Notes: generated by a model not told the origin, from the letters alone. 64,000 nucleotides of DNA from Yuukianura sp. NJ FZ-2021 (GCA_046563655.1 CM102288.1:4030001-4094000), one strand, 5' to 3'. Numbered from the stretch's first letter, positions 12,186 through 25,400 are shown. Numbers and translations are program-made.

Positions 12186-14830
12186 TTACATGACATCTAC
12201 AAAGAACTCATTTGGATTCGACGACCCCGAGTGACTCTGACCTCCATAGTTCTGGTTGTGATTGGTAACATCGCCATTTCCAGCGTGACCTTGACTCAAC
12301 ATCATGTGATTGGCATACGAAGGTGGGACTGGTGGAAGATTTCCCATCCCATGACCTCCTCCTGGTCTCTGAATCAGAATACTTGACCCTGACTTCCTGG
12401 AGCGATTCGAGTCTGAATCTGAGTCCATCGCCCTCATTTCCAGTGGTGCTGAAAATCCCTGTTGCATTCCATGACTATGATTGTCTCTGACGAGATGCTG
12501 CCTCTCACGCCTCGATCCAGCAGTATCATTGCTACTTCCACCTGATCAAAAAGTCAAAGGTCAAAGGTCAATACAAACCAAGTTAAACATAAACGTTTGT
12601 AAGTTTTAAGTTTGTGATTAATTTATAACCTGATCCACTATGGAGACTCTGTTCTTGTGGATAACTGTAGGCATTGCTCTCGTATCCCCCAGTCATGTAT
12701 GGCATTGGGGCAAACAGGGGAGCTCCGTTGGTCAAAGTACTGGACGAGTATGGATTGTTCCAGCATACTTGAGGTGCTGAAGCCATAGGGTGGCCACAAG
12801 CATCAGTCACTTCAGACTCAGTCTCATCTCGGATTCGCAAGGCTGCCATTGAGGGTACAACGATGTCTCCAAAGACGTAGTAGCATTGTTCAGAAAATGT
12901 CAACTTGTTGACAGTGTGTCGAATGTAGCCTCGCTTGAGCATTTGGGCAGCAAACTTCCGAGCTTCCTTTCGCTCACCGAATCCTTTGACGTGGTTTAGG
13001 AGCCAATCAACGACGTCTGCTCCTATAAAAGCATTCGGGATGACGATTTTGAGCCAATTTCTGTCTCGAATCTCCAACCCCGAATCGGGTTTCTGCATTT
13101 CGCGAACTATGAGTGGCATTTGAGTGTTGATGCTCAACTGAATAATTTGTTCCTCCACGGTTCCTGAAAATCATAAAAATAACGTTGCTAAATTCAATTA
13201 AGAGAAGTTGATGAAATGAATTCTGATTTGGTGAATTTTCTTACGTTCTGTTTCTGGTAGACTTGAAGTAAGAGAAGAGCCAGTTGATGTCATAGTGGTC
13301 ACAGAAGGCGGTCGAGGTGGATACTCGCCAGTAGCAGCAACGTGGGCAACCCAAGCTTCTGGATCAATTGGTCTGACAGGTTCCGTTCTCGGAATTGTAA
13401 ATGAACCTTTGGGATTCATGTCCCAGCATTTGGCAACAACAAGTTTCACTGGTCCTGGCTTTTGGGCTACTTGTCTCAGAAAACGAACCTAAACTCCCAT
13501 TAGTTAAATTAGACTTTAATTAACTTTTGAAAATCTAAACTTTAGTTAACTTACCGCCTCGTCGTTACTCATGTTCTCAAAGTTTGTGTCATTCACTTGC
13601 AAAATCATGTCACCAGGCTCAATCCTTCCATCCTTGGCAACTGCTCCTCCTTTCATGATGGATCCAACGTAAATCCCTCCGTCTCCACCTTTAGTATTGC
13701 TTTCTCCAATAATCGAAATCCCAAGGAAACTTGGCCCATTGTCGTCTGGATTCATGTTGAGGACAACGTTGATAATGTTAAGACTCATAGATGAATCCGT
13801 AATGGAGGAAAAACTGGACGTCCGCGACATGGCATGCTGTCGGTGCTTCTTGCGTCTCTGACGTCTTTGATGTCCAGCCTTTACCCGTGACACGCTGGTG
13901 TGATCGGTCGTGGCGGTAATACGACTCATAGCGTCGTCGTCGTCCGATTCCAAGAAAGTAGTCGTTTCCAAATCTGAACTCATGATGGACGACTCGTAGT
14001 GGTGATGACTTCGGTGCTTTCCATTTAAACCATCAAATCTGCTGTACTTGTCCATTCGAAAGTTCTGGTCTCTTCTTTGACTTCTATGACCTTGACCTGG
14101 GGCGTTGAATCCTGTAAAGCCATACTCCACTTGAAGTTTTTCACACTGGGACTGGGATGCTAAAATCTGGTTTGAGTTTACTTTACCTCTCCTGGAACTT
14201 ATGACAGACTCCGTTTCGGTACATGTGGTTGTATCGTCTGGAGGTGGCAAAGGTTTACTCAGAGATCGGATTCCTCTCGGCCTGCAATTTCAAATGAACG
14301 TGAAAAATGACACGTCATCTAAAGAAAGTCATGTTAGTTTTAGTTTCATACAAAGGACGTCCAACGGGGCGTCGAAGATCCGAAGTTGTAATGCTGTCAG
14401 CACATTGCGAATTAGAATCCGAAACATTGCTTCCCTCGGAGGAGACGAGCTGAAACAAGATCAAAGTCAATTTTTGATCATTCCTTAGCATGACAATACC
14501 TAACCTAAGAAAGAACATGACCGGACTTACCCAAGAAATAACTTTACCGTTGAAACATGGCAAATTGGCGTCGTCATCTACAATTTCCTCTTTTACTTCC
14601 CTACAAAACAAACCAATTTGATTGTAGTTTGGGTTTGCTTCATCTTTACATTGACAAACGTTTTACCCAAATTCATCATCGTACGACTTGAAGAAAAACT
14701 TGTAGTTTGGTCGGCAAAGAACATTTTTAAAATCAGCAAGGGTGACACGATCAATTGGAACGGGAACTTTGACAAGGTAGGGTGTCTCTTCCTCATCGAT
14801 GTGGTAGATGATTCTCGTCTCACCCGACAT
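12186..14830 (-). CDS. dsh: Dishevelled (DIX-PDZ-DEP)
   Basis: [24 protein letters not shown]. Ser-rich [27 protein letters not shown]...[35 protein letters not shown]...[12 protein letters not shown]-terminal EFFVDVM. Confidence 0.97.
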
Positions 14831-15852
14831 GTCTGATAGGTGACTACTTTCCTCTTGCAAATGGCTGGCGGTCAGGGTCGATCAACACTTTTTGACCTGT
14901 TCCACAAGTAAACGGTTAATCACACACCTAAATTTAATATTTAATCAGAACAGCTGATTCATCAGCCTTACAGAGAGGATAAAAATCAGGGGAAATCCCA
15001 CAATATTTTTCACCTGTCTGTGAAAAGTCAATCCACAAAAGCCGACAAGCATCTCGGGACCTTGACTTGACCTTAGATTCTTGACCCCACGCAGTCGGCT
15101 GTCAATTGGTTTTGTGTAAAATGATTAACAATGACAATGAGAACAAAACCTAAACTAAATTAAATATAAAAACTAGTAAACTTTACTTTTTTTTTGCTTT
15201 TGTTTACTCTTCTACTTTCCCTACCCTTTCCCTTCTTCCATGAAGGAAAAGAGGTGAGAGTCTCCATCTTTCCTAAAGTTTTTAACCTGTCAGCAATAAG
15301 TGCGCCAATTTCAAAATCATAAAAATTCAAATCGGGATTTCCAAAAAGGAGGTACGGCAAAATGTCACTGTCAACTACACCAGTTGGCATTATTTTTATT
15401 TGACTACAGCTGGACATTGTAACATTTCAATATTACTAATTACGACTGACCAGTTAATTAAAACAGAAATTGAGCACTAAAACTGTAAGATTAAATAGTG
15501 GTAATCAATTAGTCACAACACATAAAACATTAGTCACAAGTTTTTAATGACTTTTACTTTTATTGTTAAGTTTTTGTCTAATGAAGTGAATTCTTTTCTC
15601 CCAACCATGAGTGGTGATGCGTAAGAAAATGGAATCTCTTGTTTGACCAATTTAATTTACAAAAAAAAATCACGAGAAAGACGGACGGCGAAATTCCACA
15701 CAGCCACGGCCAGGCCAGTTAAGTTCCGAAGTCACTGCTTTCTGTAGAGGTCAAGGTAGGTCAATCATTTTTAAACGTAATTGTTGCACAGATGATGTGT
15801 TAATGGGTTCGTAATAATTTGACGGACGATTTTCAGTAAACCAGGATAAGAC

Positions 15853-17137
15853 ATGGCTCAGGTTCCAGTGATTCTGGTAAGTGCTGTCTTTTTGTTTTTA
15901 CTGTTGTGTGTGGCTATTTTCGGGTGTAAGGTTCGAACTTGTTTGTAATTGCATCAAACAACTGAAGTTAAACTGATTTTAATAAGAAGTTGGGAGATGC
16001 AACATTACGATTACAGATAAGTCGGGATTCCAAAGCCATTGCATTTGAACTTTTGCTTTGGCCAATACAGCCCGGCACATCTTCATGCTTCATTCATTCA
16101 TGGAAGCGAATTAAATTGAAGTAGACTAATTTTCATTTCATTTATAGTCACGGCGGTTATCGACGTCAGCCGCAAGAAGCCAACTCGTCAAGGTATATAT
16201 TCATCCTTCATTCTGTTTTGTACTCCTTCCCGTTCCTCTGCTACAAGGTTCCATTTTTGTTGATTTGCAGGCTCCAATTCAAGTGTTTGGGATTGAAGGT
16301 CGATATGCGACTGCTGTTTATTCTGCCGCATCCAAGGAGAAGCAGTTAGACGCTGTGGAGAATGACATGAAACAGATCAATACACTGATCAAGAAGAAGG
16401 GAGTGTTTGCTGATTTCCTCCAAAATCCATCCTTGAAAAGAACAGAGAAGAGGAATCTGCTTCAGACTACTCTAAGCGCAGCCAAAGTTTCAAAGCTGAC
16501 CACTAACTTACTAGGTAAATCGTTTCATATTATTTTTATTCCTTCAGTATTTACTCATGTTCTTTTTATGTACTTATAGCACTGTTAGCTGAGAATGGCC
16601 GACTAAACAAATTGGATGGAATTACCAACGCTTTCGCTACGATCATGTCTGCTCACAGAGGAGAGATTCGGTGTGAAGTCATCACTGCTAAAGTGAGCAA
16701 TTCACGCAAAATCTTTTTTCAATCACCTTTAGCATTTACCAACTTTTCTAAAACAACCTTGACCCAATATGCCAAGGTTATTTTGGTAAATGCAATATGA
16801 AGTCTGGGGATTCCAAGGTTGATGTATTCCATATGCATTGCCCATTTCACCCCCCAAACAAGCCGCCAATTGACGATTTACAGTAATTTCAATGAAGAAA
16901 GGTTGTGCGTGCTAAACTTGTGTTTTAATTTTCCAGCCTCTGGACAAAGCTCTTCAAACAGAGCTAGAAGCTGCTCTCAAGTCATTTGCCAAGAGTGGAC
17001 AAACAGTTCAAATCAAAACAGCCGTTGACCCTGCCCTGATTGGTGGAATGATTGTGTCCATCGGAGACAAGTATGTGGACATGAGCACTGCTTCTAAAAT
17101 TAAGAAATACAAAGGAATCATCGAAACTGCCATTTAA
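15853..17137 (+). CDS. ATP5PO: Mitochondrial ATP synthase subunit O (OSCP)
   Basis: [43 protein letters not shown]...LLAENGRL...ITAK|PLD...[21 protein letters not shown]. Stop 17135-17137. Confidence 0.96.
15944..16082 (+). ncRNA. Putative box H/ACA snoRNA in the first coding intron of OSCP
   Basis: Hairpin 1 (gtaattg/cgattac base, ttgcatc/gatgcaa) is followed directly by an H box AGATAA (16015-16020). Hairpin 2 has gtcggg/cccggc and gcca/tggc stems with an internal pocket. ACA lies at 16077-16079, ~65 nt upstream of the 3' splice site. Confidence 0.7.
16731..16863 (+). ncRNA. Box H/ACA snoRNA, SNORA14/ACA14-like, in the last intron of OSCP
   Basis: Hairpin 1 has a perfect 11-bp stem gcatttaccaa/ttggtaaatgc. 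H box ATATGA 16795-16800. Hairpin 2 base tgggg/cccca. Pocket TCCAA + ATTTCACC is complementary to the conserved 18S rRNA segment GGUGAAAU-UC-UUGGA. ACA (16858-16860) is 14 nt from the pocket. Confidence 0.85.
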
Positions 17138-17729
17138 ACGATTTGAACTTGGAAGGTCACCAAAACTTTAGTCTTTTTAGCACTTAGGCCGCCCGTCGTC
17201 AACATCCTCAACAATGTATCAAATTGAGTCGAATTGTGAGCGAAAATGAAGGAATTGGTTCTTAGCTACTAAATAAAATCCGTAAGCCAATCATATCATT
17301 CCTTTCTAAAGTCCACTCTATGAATTAGTATGGAAGTGGAGCCAGTGACGCTAATGGACGTGTTGGATGTGGTTGCTAAAGTGGTGTAGATTTATAAGTA
17401 GAGTGGATTGAGTCAGATGTTATTTCCATATGTTTTTGTAAGTTTAACTTGAATTGAGTCCAACAAATGACAGTAATAAGTTTTATGCGGGTGTTATTTT
17501 TAATATGCCTTGCAAAATGAGAGAGGGAGAGTGAGAGATTTAGATGAACTTGGGTAGACGCAAATCCCGAAGAGTAGAGGAACATCCGGAAGCAGTAAAC
17601 TCCGAAATCGGGGGAAATCCCACGCAGTTTTAGTTCTTTTTTGAATCTGTTTCAAAACTTGTGTTGAGGTGACTCTTGGCATGTCAGTTGAAATTTTGAT
17701 TTCTGACGAGAAGCAACAAAGTCCTTATC

Positions 17730-18513
17730 ATGGCTGTAAGCTAACTCAAACTTTTAAATTTCAAAATCCAATTTCAAATTTTGAATTCTTTGATAAACAT
17801 TTTGAGTTTTTCTTTGCAGAAGCGGAACAAGGAACTGGAAGATGAAGTTATGAAATGGATTTCTGATTCGCTTGGAGAGAAGTTGCCTGCTGGACCAATT
17901 GAAGATGTGCTCAAGAATGGAGTCATTCTGTGTCATCTTATGAACAAACTCACTCCAGGAAGTGTTAAGAAGATCCAGGAAAAAGGAACCAACTTTCAAT
18001 TGATGGAGAACATCCAGAGGTATGACGAGGAAAACGCCGAACTGTTTTCGAAAAACCGAAATTTTGAAAGGGTCGCGTCATAAATTTTTCGATTTGGCGC
18101 TGAAGTTAAACCTTTTGATTTTCAGATTCCAGCAAGGAATGAAAGCCTACGGAGTTCCGCAAGAGGAAATTTTTCAAACTGCAGATTTGTTCGAACGCAG
18201 AAATATTCCACAAGTGGTTTTGAGTTTGTATGCTTTGGCTCGAATGGTAAGCTCAAAACTCATTTTTTGAAAAATCCGAATTTCGAAAACCGTTTTTTTT
18301 AAATCTTGGGTTTTTTTAAAATCCTAGACCCAGAAACATCCCGAGTGGAAGGGCCCATCGCTTGGTCCGAAGATGGCCGAGAAGAACGAGCGTGAATTCA
18401 CTGACGATCAACTGCGAGCGAGTGAAGGTCATCTGAACCTGTTGACCTCTGGGTCAAACAAAGGAGCGTCACAGGCTGGCCACGGTGGAATGGGCAACAC
18501 ACGACACATGTAA
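17730..18513 (+). CDS. Myophilin / muscle protein 20-like calponin-family protein
   Basis: MA|KRNKELEDEVMKWI...LKNGVILCHLMNKL...FQLMENIQR|FQ...FQTADLFERRNIPQV forms a CH domain. A calponin repeat ends NKGASQAGHGGMGNTRHM. The first coding exon is only 6 nt. Confidence 0.93.
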
Positions 18514-19498
18514 AAACCAAGCAGTATTATTTCAAAACTTCATTTTTTGGCATGTTGCATCTCGCGCAATAAAAATGTCACCAACACTCCCGCCTCCTCC
18601 AAACAATGTCCAGCTAGCGTCATTCCGTCTTGTCGTCGTGCCTCATTTGACTTGTGCTTTAAAAAAGTGTCGTTGTGACACTCGGAGTTTCAAAATCAAC
18701 AGGGGTTATTTTTAAAAATACACAGATATGGCCTCTCACTCTCATGATTTCAAAAGAGAAAAGTGGATCTGTGCCAAAACAAAAATTCTTGAAGCCAACT
18801 GTCACCGTGACATGAGCCACTTAATCTTCCACTGGCTTTTACTCTTCATTTCATCCACGAATAGCCACGCCCCTCGCATAACCATTTCTAAGCTGGATGG
18901 AAGCATTAGGGTAAGCATTTTTGCAAAATGACAACCTAAATGGTCTGTTTTAGGAAAACTTGCATAATTTTGAAAAGCGTTTTGAGTCGTGTTCATTCAA
19001 AGAATGATTGAACAGGATTTTGGCTTTTGTTAGCTCTTGGCTCCAAAAGTTGAACATGATCGCTTCTTCTACCCGAAATAGATTTGTATTCAATGTGTGC
19101 CAATTCACAAAATTCATAATTTCCGATCTCATAGAAAAAAGAGTCTGAAGTTTCCTTTTTCATTGTTAGATGTTCTCAATTCTGTTTTAAAATGGTTTTG
19201 TTTTAGTGTAGAAACGTTGAAAGTTTTGCAAAAGTCTAAAAGAGGAAATTGTGCTGAAAATCTGTTTTTTTTTTGTTCATTTTATTGCCAAAATTTACTC
19301 TGTTTATTTTCTAAAGAAAAACAGATGCCTGACCTCTTGACTTTGACCAAAATCTTCAAAAAAATAATCAAAAAAAAATTGGCAAGGAGAGATAGGGTGT
19401 GGCAGTTTGTTCTACTTTGGTGCCAGACGGTAAAAATTCAAGGTCAAGCAGAAACCAAATGATTTTAGCCGAAACGAATTATTTACTAGTTAAACATT

Positions 19499-19556
19499 TG
19501 AAATACTTGAACTACTCTGAAATACTTGAACTACTCTGAATTACTCTGAAATACTT
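19499..19556. repeat. Short tandem repeat (19-bp unit x2 plus degenerate copies)
   Basis: tgaaatacttgaactactc twice, then tgaattactc tgaaatactt. Confidence 0.8.
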
Positions 19557-19624
19557 TAAACTATTTATAACGAATTATTTCTACAAATTGCTAATTCATA
19601 GAATGCTCTGGTACTGACTGGAAT

Positions 19625-20183
19625 TTAGGCGACATCAGTGTCGCTGTCAGCGTCGATCCAGACATCTTCTGGATCCACTTCCCCTTCATCTTCATTGTCC
19701 GGTACAGTTTGGTCGTCTTCTGGATTTGGATCCGTCTCTGGTACATTTTCAATTACTTCAGCATCTTCTTCACCAGCGTCCTCTGGATCTGGTTGTTGTT
19801 GTTGCTCAGCTTCCGGATCTTCTGGAGCATAAATCTGCGTCTCCTCGACATCTCCATCTTGTTCTTGCTCAATTTCTTCCAACTGCTGCTCAGCTTCTTG
19901 TCGTTTGGACAGTGGAATGTCTCCGAAGTCAAATTCGGCTGGGAGGGTGTTGGCCGGTTCTCCTTGGGGTTCAGCGTCTGGGTCACTCCCGTGAATTTCA
20001 GTCCCACCGCCTTGAGTGCTGGAATGCGGTTTTGATTTTACGGGTTTCGCTTCTGCCCAAGTTCCAAAAGACACCAAAATCTGTTAAAAACAGAAAACAA
20101 AATTAGAACTTGCTTTCAAAAAATTTCAAAGAGATCACACTTACCACTAGAAGAATAGCAGAGGAAAGTGTTGGTTTCTTCAT
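19625..20183 (-). CDS. Uncharacterised secreted, highly acidic (Asp/Glu/Gln/Pro-rich) protein, ~164 aa
   Basis: Exon 20145-20183 (MKKPTLSSAILLV|gtaag) splices to 20080-19625 (ILVSFGTWAEA-KPV...). This gives a signal peptide with an A-x-A cleavage site, followed by a low-complexity acidic body. Confidence 0.8.
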
Positions 20184-20735
20184 TTTCGGCTGGAGAAATG
20201 CAGTTTTGTTGAAAGTTGACTTTAGATTTTTGTTATCGGTAATCGATTAACTAAAGTAACTTCTAGTTCTGTCGATTATTTATAGGACTAGACGACTAGA
20301 GTTGTAACTAGGTACTGAATAATTAATTTCTGGATACTCGGTGACTGACTCCTCCAGAACAAGACAATGGACAACTTTCGATTGTTCCCAGACAGGTCAA
20401 AACTCCAGCAACTCTCAACCTATTGTCCCAAGGAAATCAAAAGTTCACTCCAGAACTTTCAACTCTGTAAAAACTGAACAAAAAAAAACTGAATTTTTAG
20501 TCTTTTTTAACACTTGGCTTCGGGAGTCCCTAATTTATTAAAACTTTTCGCACAGGGACAAGAACAACATTCTTTGGTTGGATTTGCAATCAGAAAATTT
20601 TAAACAACGATAAAATACGAAATAATAAAAATCAACTTCGACGTGAGCTGCAGGAAGTGGATGAGCTAAAACGAGATTTTCATTTGAAGAGCTGCCTTAC
20701 GACTGTAGTGAAGCTGCGAGAAAAGGGGGCGTGGC

Positions 20736-22471
20736 TTATGAGCGGCGGTCGTCTGGAGCTAGCCAATCAGAAGCCTTGGTGGGGTCATCAGCTAGGTGAC
20801 TATTGACTACAATGGGGTCAGGAGCTGCCTGAGCAGGAGCATTTTGACTACTAATGAGCGTGGTAGTGGGACTAACAAGACTAGAAGTTGGTTGGCGACT
20901 GGGAGTGACTAGGGCTGGAGAACGAGGAGCGACAGTTGTCGTCCGACCTTGGTAACTGTCTTCGGAGCGAGTAATTCCGTAAGGACGAAGATGGTAAATG
21001 AGATAGTCCATGACATACATTTGATTGGGGGAGACATAGTGGAAGGAAATGGCTGTATCGCTGCAACAACCTTCTCCCTGAAACAAAAAAAAAGAGATCA
21101 AAATTTCAAAATTTTGGATTCTTAGTAGATTTTTAGAAAAATCTTACTTGTTTCTGATCGTAGTAAATATATTTCCAGTACCAAAAGTCAGGTCTGACAT
21201 GACCTGAAAAAAATTTCACAATTTCGTTCAAATATGGATTTTTTTTCGAAATTTCAATTTTCAAATTAAAAAAACAACCTGGGATAAGATGGTGCTCAGG
21301 AACGAACGGCAGGAATCTGTATCGTCCATCCCCATCACGACTGTCGCCCGCCTCAACTCCAAGATTCTGCATGCATTTTCCTTTACAAATTTACAGAAGC
21401 GACATTAGCGACAAATCCACACCACATAGCAATTTCCGCATTTACCCATTTCTACATCTTCTGCGCCGCCATGATCCTGACGACACTTCAGTTTGTTCTT
21501 CAGTCCAATTGTAACAAATCTGCGAAGAGCTTCGAGGCTGAGGACGTACCCTGGAAGAAAAATTAGTAATTAATTAATTAATTATTACTATTACTAATTA
21601 ATTATTAATTCAATTAATTATGCTTTTCACCTGCACCACCACTCATGTATCCTTGTTTCACATACGGCTTGAATTTGCATCCGAAATAGATTGGATACGA
21701 GGGGTCATAGTCCTTGAGCATGAACCTCAGATTTTCAACAATAACGTAAGTATCATCGTCTGCCTTCATGAACCAATCGTAGTCATTTCGGAAGTTTTCG
21801 TAAATATATTTGAAAGATTCCCGCGTTTTGGCCCAGAGGTAATCTCGACCCTCCTTCACATTCTCCAGATCTATGCTCCCCAATTCAGGGTCTAAAGAAC
21901 ATAATTTTTGAATTTTTAGTTATTTGGCTTACTTTATCATTGTGCAAATATTGACCAAACTATTTACCTGTCTCTGAGCTCATAAAGACCAACTTGTTGC
22001 AGCGTTTCCCCCAAGTCTTTTTGATATGTATGGCTTTCTTCTTGTGATTCTTTGGACTCGTCATCACCCAGCACAGAACTCGCACCTCCTTGTAAAGCGT
22101 TTTGGCCACCGTTTCCTCTTCATTTTTATGCATTAGGTCATTGTGGAGCTGCTGTGACATTTTGTCCAGTGACCAAGTCACACCGTCGTCATTTGGAAAG
22201 TCTCCAGTTCCAAAGGACCCATGGCCATGATCATCTTGCCTAAAAATGAAAAACACCGGAAATGTGTCACTTTGATTGCACAAAAAAGACAAAAGTGGTG
22301 ACAGAATGATTATTACCTTTCACGCAACTCGGAAGAATCTGATGATGGGAAAATGGACAGTTGAGAACTGTTGATGTTGAGTATCATGTAGGCAAATCCA
22401 AATCCAAACACCATTCCAGCCGCCAGAGTTGTTATGAAACTGCGACCCAGTTTCCCTGACCCGGCCAACAT
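20736..22471 (-). CDS. C1GALT1: Core 1 beta-1,3-galactosyltransferase (T-synthase)
   Basis: Type II anchor [31 protein letters not shown]. Motifs [55 protein letters not shown] and [12 protein letters not shown]. Confidence 0.95.
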
Positions 22472-25400
22472 CTTTCCAGAGATTCCAGGTCACGGAGGAC
22501 ACCAAAGTCTTCTTCACTGTAGACAGTAGTTTGCTCAGTGTCCCCGCCTTGAGATCCAGTACTTCCTCGGTTTCCGCTTATTGCTCATCGTATTTCACAA
22601 CGTTGAAATACCGTTTGCTTTGGAATTTGAAAGAGTTTCAGCAGGAACGGCGTATCTTTTCGGTGTCACTGGATTCTGCTAATCTTGTTCTAAGCCCCTG
22701 TACTAAGTGGAGAAGTATGACGACCGAGAGTGTTCTGTGGAATGGCAGAGTCCAGTTGATAGCCTCTCGTCCGTCATGCAGCTAACTCTTCTAGACCATA
22801 AACAGAGTCACCTAATAAAGTATGAGACATTGTTTTAGCCTTTAATTGTTTTGACCTTACTTTCATTTAATACTTTAGCCTAAATCTAATACCTAACACA
22901 TTCAGTCTACTCCTTCACGTTCACTCTCAGAGACCTGTAAACAAAGAACAGACAAACCAATTACTTTTTGCAGGAATACTTTGCATAAACAATCTTCTTA
23001 ACCTAAGGGTGGGCTTAATTTGGCAATTGGTAACTGTCGAAATTGAGAGGCAGGACACAGGATGAGGTAACCTTTTAAACATGAGGAATAATCTTCAATA
23101 TACAAAGAGGCAAGATCTTAACTCACAGTTTGTTAACAATTGTTCAAGTTTTAGCATTGGTGGCTTCGGGCGGGGCAGAATGGACATAAGGTACTTAAGT
23201 GGCACTTCTTAATTACATGTCAAATTAGTATTAAACCTAATTACCAATGGCCTAATCTCACAAAGTGTATTCAAAAAACGCCATCAACCAATCAAAAGTT
23301 AATTATAAAAATGAAGGATTTCGCGGAAGAAGTTGTTTACATTTTTTTTTGAAAAAGCGCGCTTGCCCAGTAGGACTTTGGAGTTTCAAAATTCCCGCGT
23401 TTTGAGTGGAGTCGAAGAACAAAGAAATTCAATTCTTTGTTCATTTTAGAAATCATGAGCGCGAACTCTTAAAATTTACCAAAAACTGCACAAACATTAC
23501 AAAAAAAAATCTTTTTTTTTAAAAAAAAACTTATGTAACTTACTTCGTTTTTCGTAGAGGAAGAATTTATAGCACTTTACTTTAGCACTTAAACTGTCAC
23601 TTGCTCCATGAATTTCTTCAATTGTACTACTAATCCCCGAGTTCTGGTTAACATGCAGTACTTAGAATCAACTGAAAGTATCTGTCCACGATTTCACCAG
23701 AACAGATTTTCCTTTTCCTAGATTCATTATTCCACTTAATCTCCATACTGATTATCTCCCAACGTCATTCACACTTGTGGACTTAAGTATTTTAGTGCAT
23801 CCGCTGGAAGTTGGCACAATGGAATTCCTACAGATCATTTCAATTCCAAAAAGTGTTTTTTTTAAAAAAACCCACACTCCCAAACCCAATTGTTTCAAAA
23901 TCAAAGCCGTTATTCTGCTATACCTCCATTTTGGCTTAACCTGATGCTCCACGCCCAAAAACTAACAAATAAAACTCTGTTTATCACTTTTTATAACTGA
24001 AACACTGAAACTGAAACCTGTCATTCAATCTCCTCGTTTGCAACTGCTGGACTCCCTTTGCTAAATGTATCTCATGTAGAAATGAACCATGACTCAAAAG
24101 AGAGTTACATTTTTCACCTTTGTGAAAACTAGACAATAGTTTGGTCAGGAACCTATTGTTAAGTGGTGGAGGCACTTGGACACTTTTAGCGGAAGTCACT
24201 TTACAACGGAGTTTGGGCGCTTACTTCCTCTTCCGCAAAAAAGTGTTTGGAATTTTGGGAATTAAGAACGGAACGGGCAAGCAGGAAATTGAAACCCAAA
24301 GTCAAAGGCATTTAAAATTGAAGGACTTGAAAGTTCTGATTGATTGAGCAGCGGAATTTGGTGTGGGAAATTAAGACGGGTTTTGTTCGCTCAGTTCATA
24401 TTTCAGTGCTAATCAAGCATAGCCACAAATTTACAACTTTTAAGACCATTTAGTTTTGTGCAACTGAACATTTATGTAACTACCTCTAAACAAAAGCCGT
24501 TCAACATAAAATAGCAATCGAAAATAGTTATAAAAAACGTAAAATGGGCAATAAAAAAGCAGTATTTTATTTAGATCTTTTTTTCTAAACGCGATTAGGG
24601 TAGCCAAAAATCAGTTTTAGTAAACAAAACTACATAATCAAACTATAAACAGGCAACTAAACTACAAATTGAACTAAAAAGGTAGTATAATTTTAGTTAA
24701 CGCTGTTTTAAAAACTTAAGGCACTGGTAGAAATTTGATTTACTGATACAGCTCCAACTCCTAGGGAAGGGTGTAGAAGTGCGTAAAACTCCGAATTCCC
24801 GACTTTGACACCTCGGATACCCGCTCGTGAATCCAAAAATCAGCTGTCCAAAAACTGTGACCAAATCAAATTAATCTATTGAGTAACTTTTGATTTTTAT
24901 ACTTTTTCAAATAAAGACTGCATGAATTTTCAAATTTGAATTTGAACTGGTACAAATTATAAAACAAGGGTCAACGCCATTTAAAAAACCTGCTTTTTCT
25001 CCCTTGATTCACTCGTCTAACTTTGCAAGTTATGTGGTTGAATGTTTCCTGAAATATCGTCGTTGTAATAGCATATGAACAAATTGAAAAACTTACCAGC
25101 AACAAACAACTGGACACGCAACTGACTAATTAGTTAAATTTTAGTTGAAATTAAGGTACTTTCAATAGTAAGTCCAACACACGCCTTACTACTTCGCTTT
25201 CACTTAATTCTGGAGCTTTCACCGGGATCAAAATATTTCGAGTGAGTGAAAGAGAAAAAGGCGCCAACTCTCATTTGAATTCACTTCATTCAATTTATGC
25301 CGTCATTCTAACAGCTACTACACATCACCCTGGACTCTTGGCATAGATGGGCGTCGCTTTCTATTTAAAAGCAATCAAATGGATTCGATCAATTAGCAAA

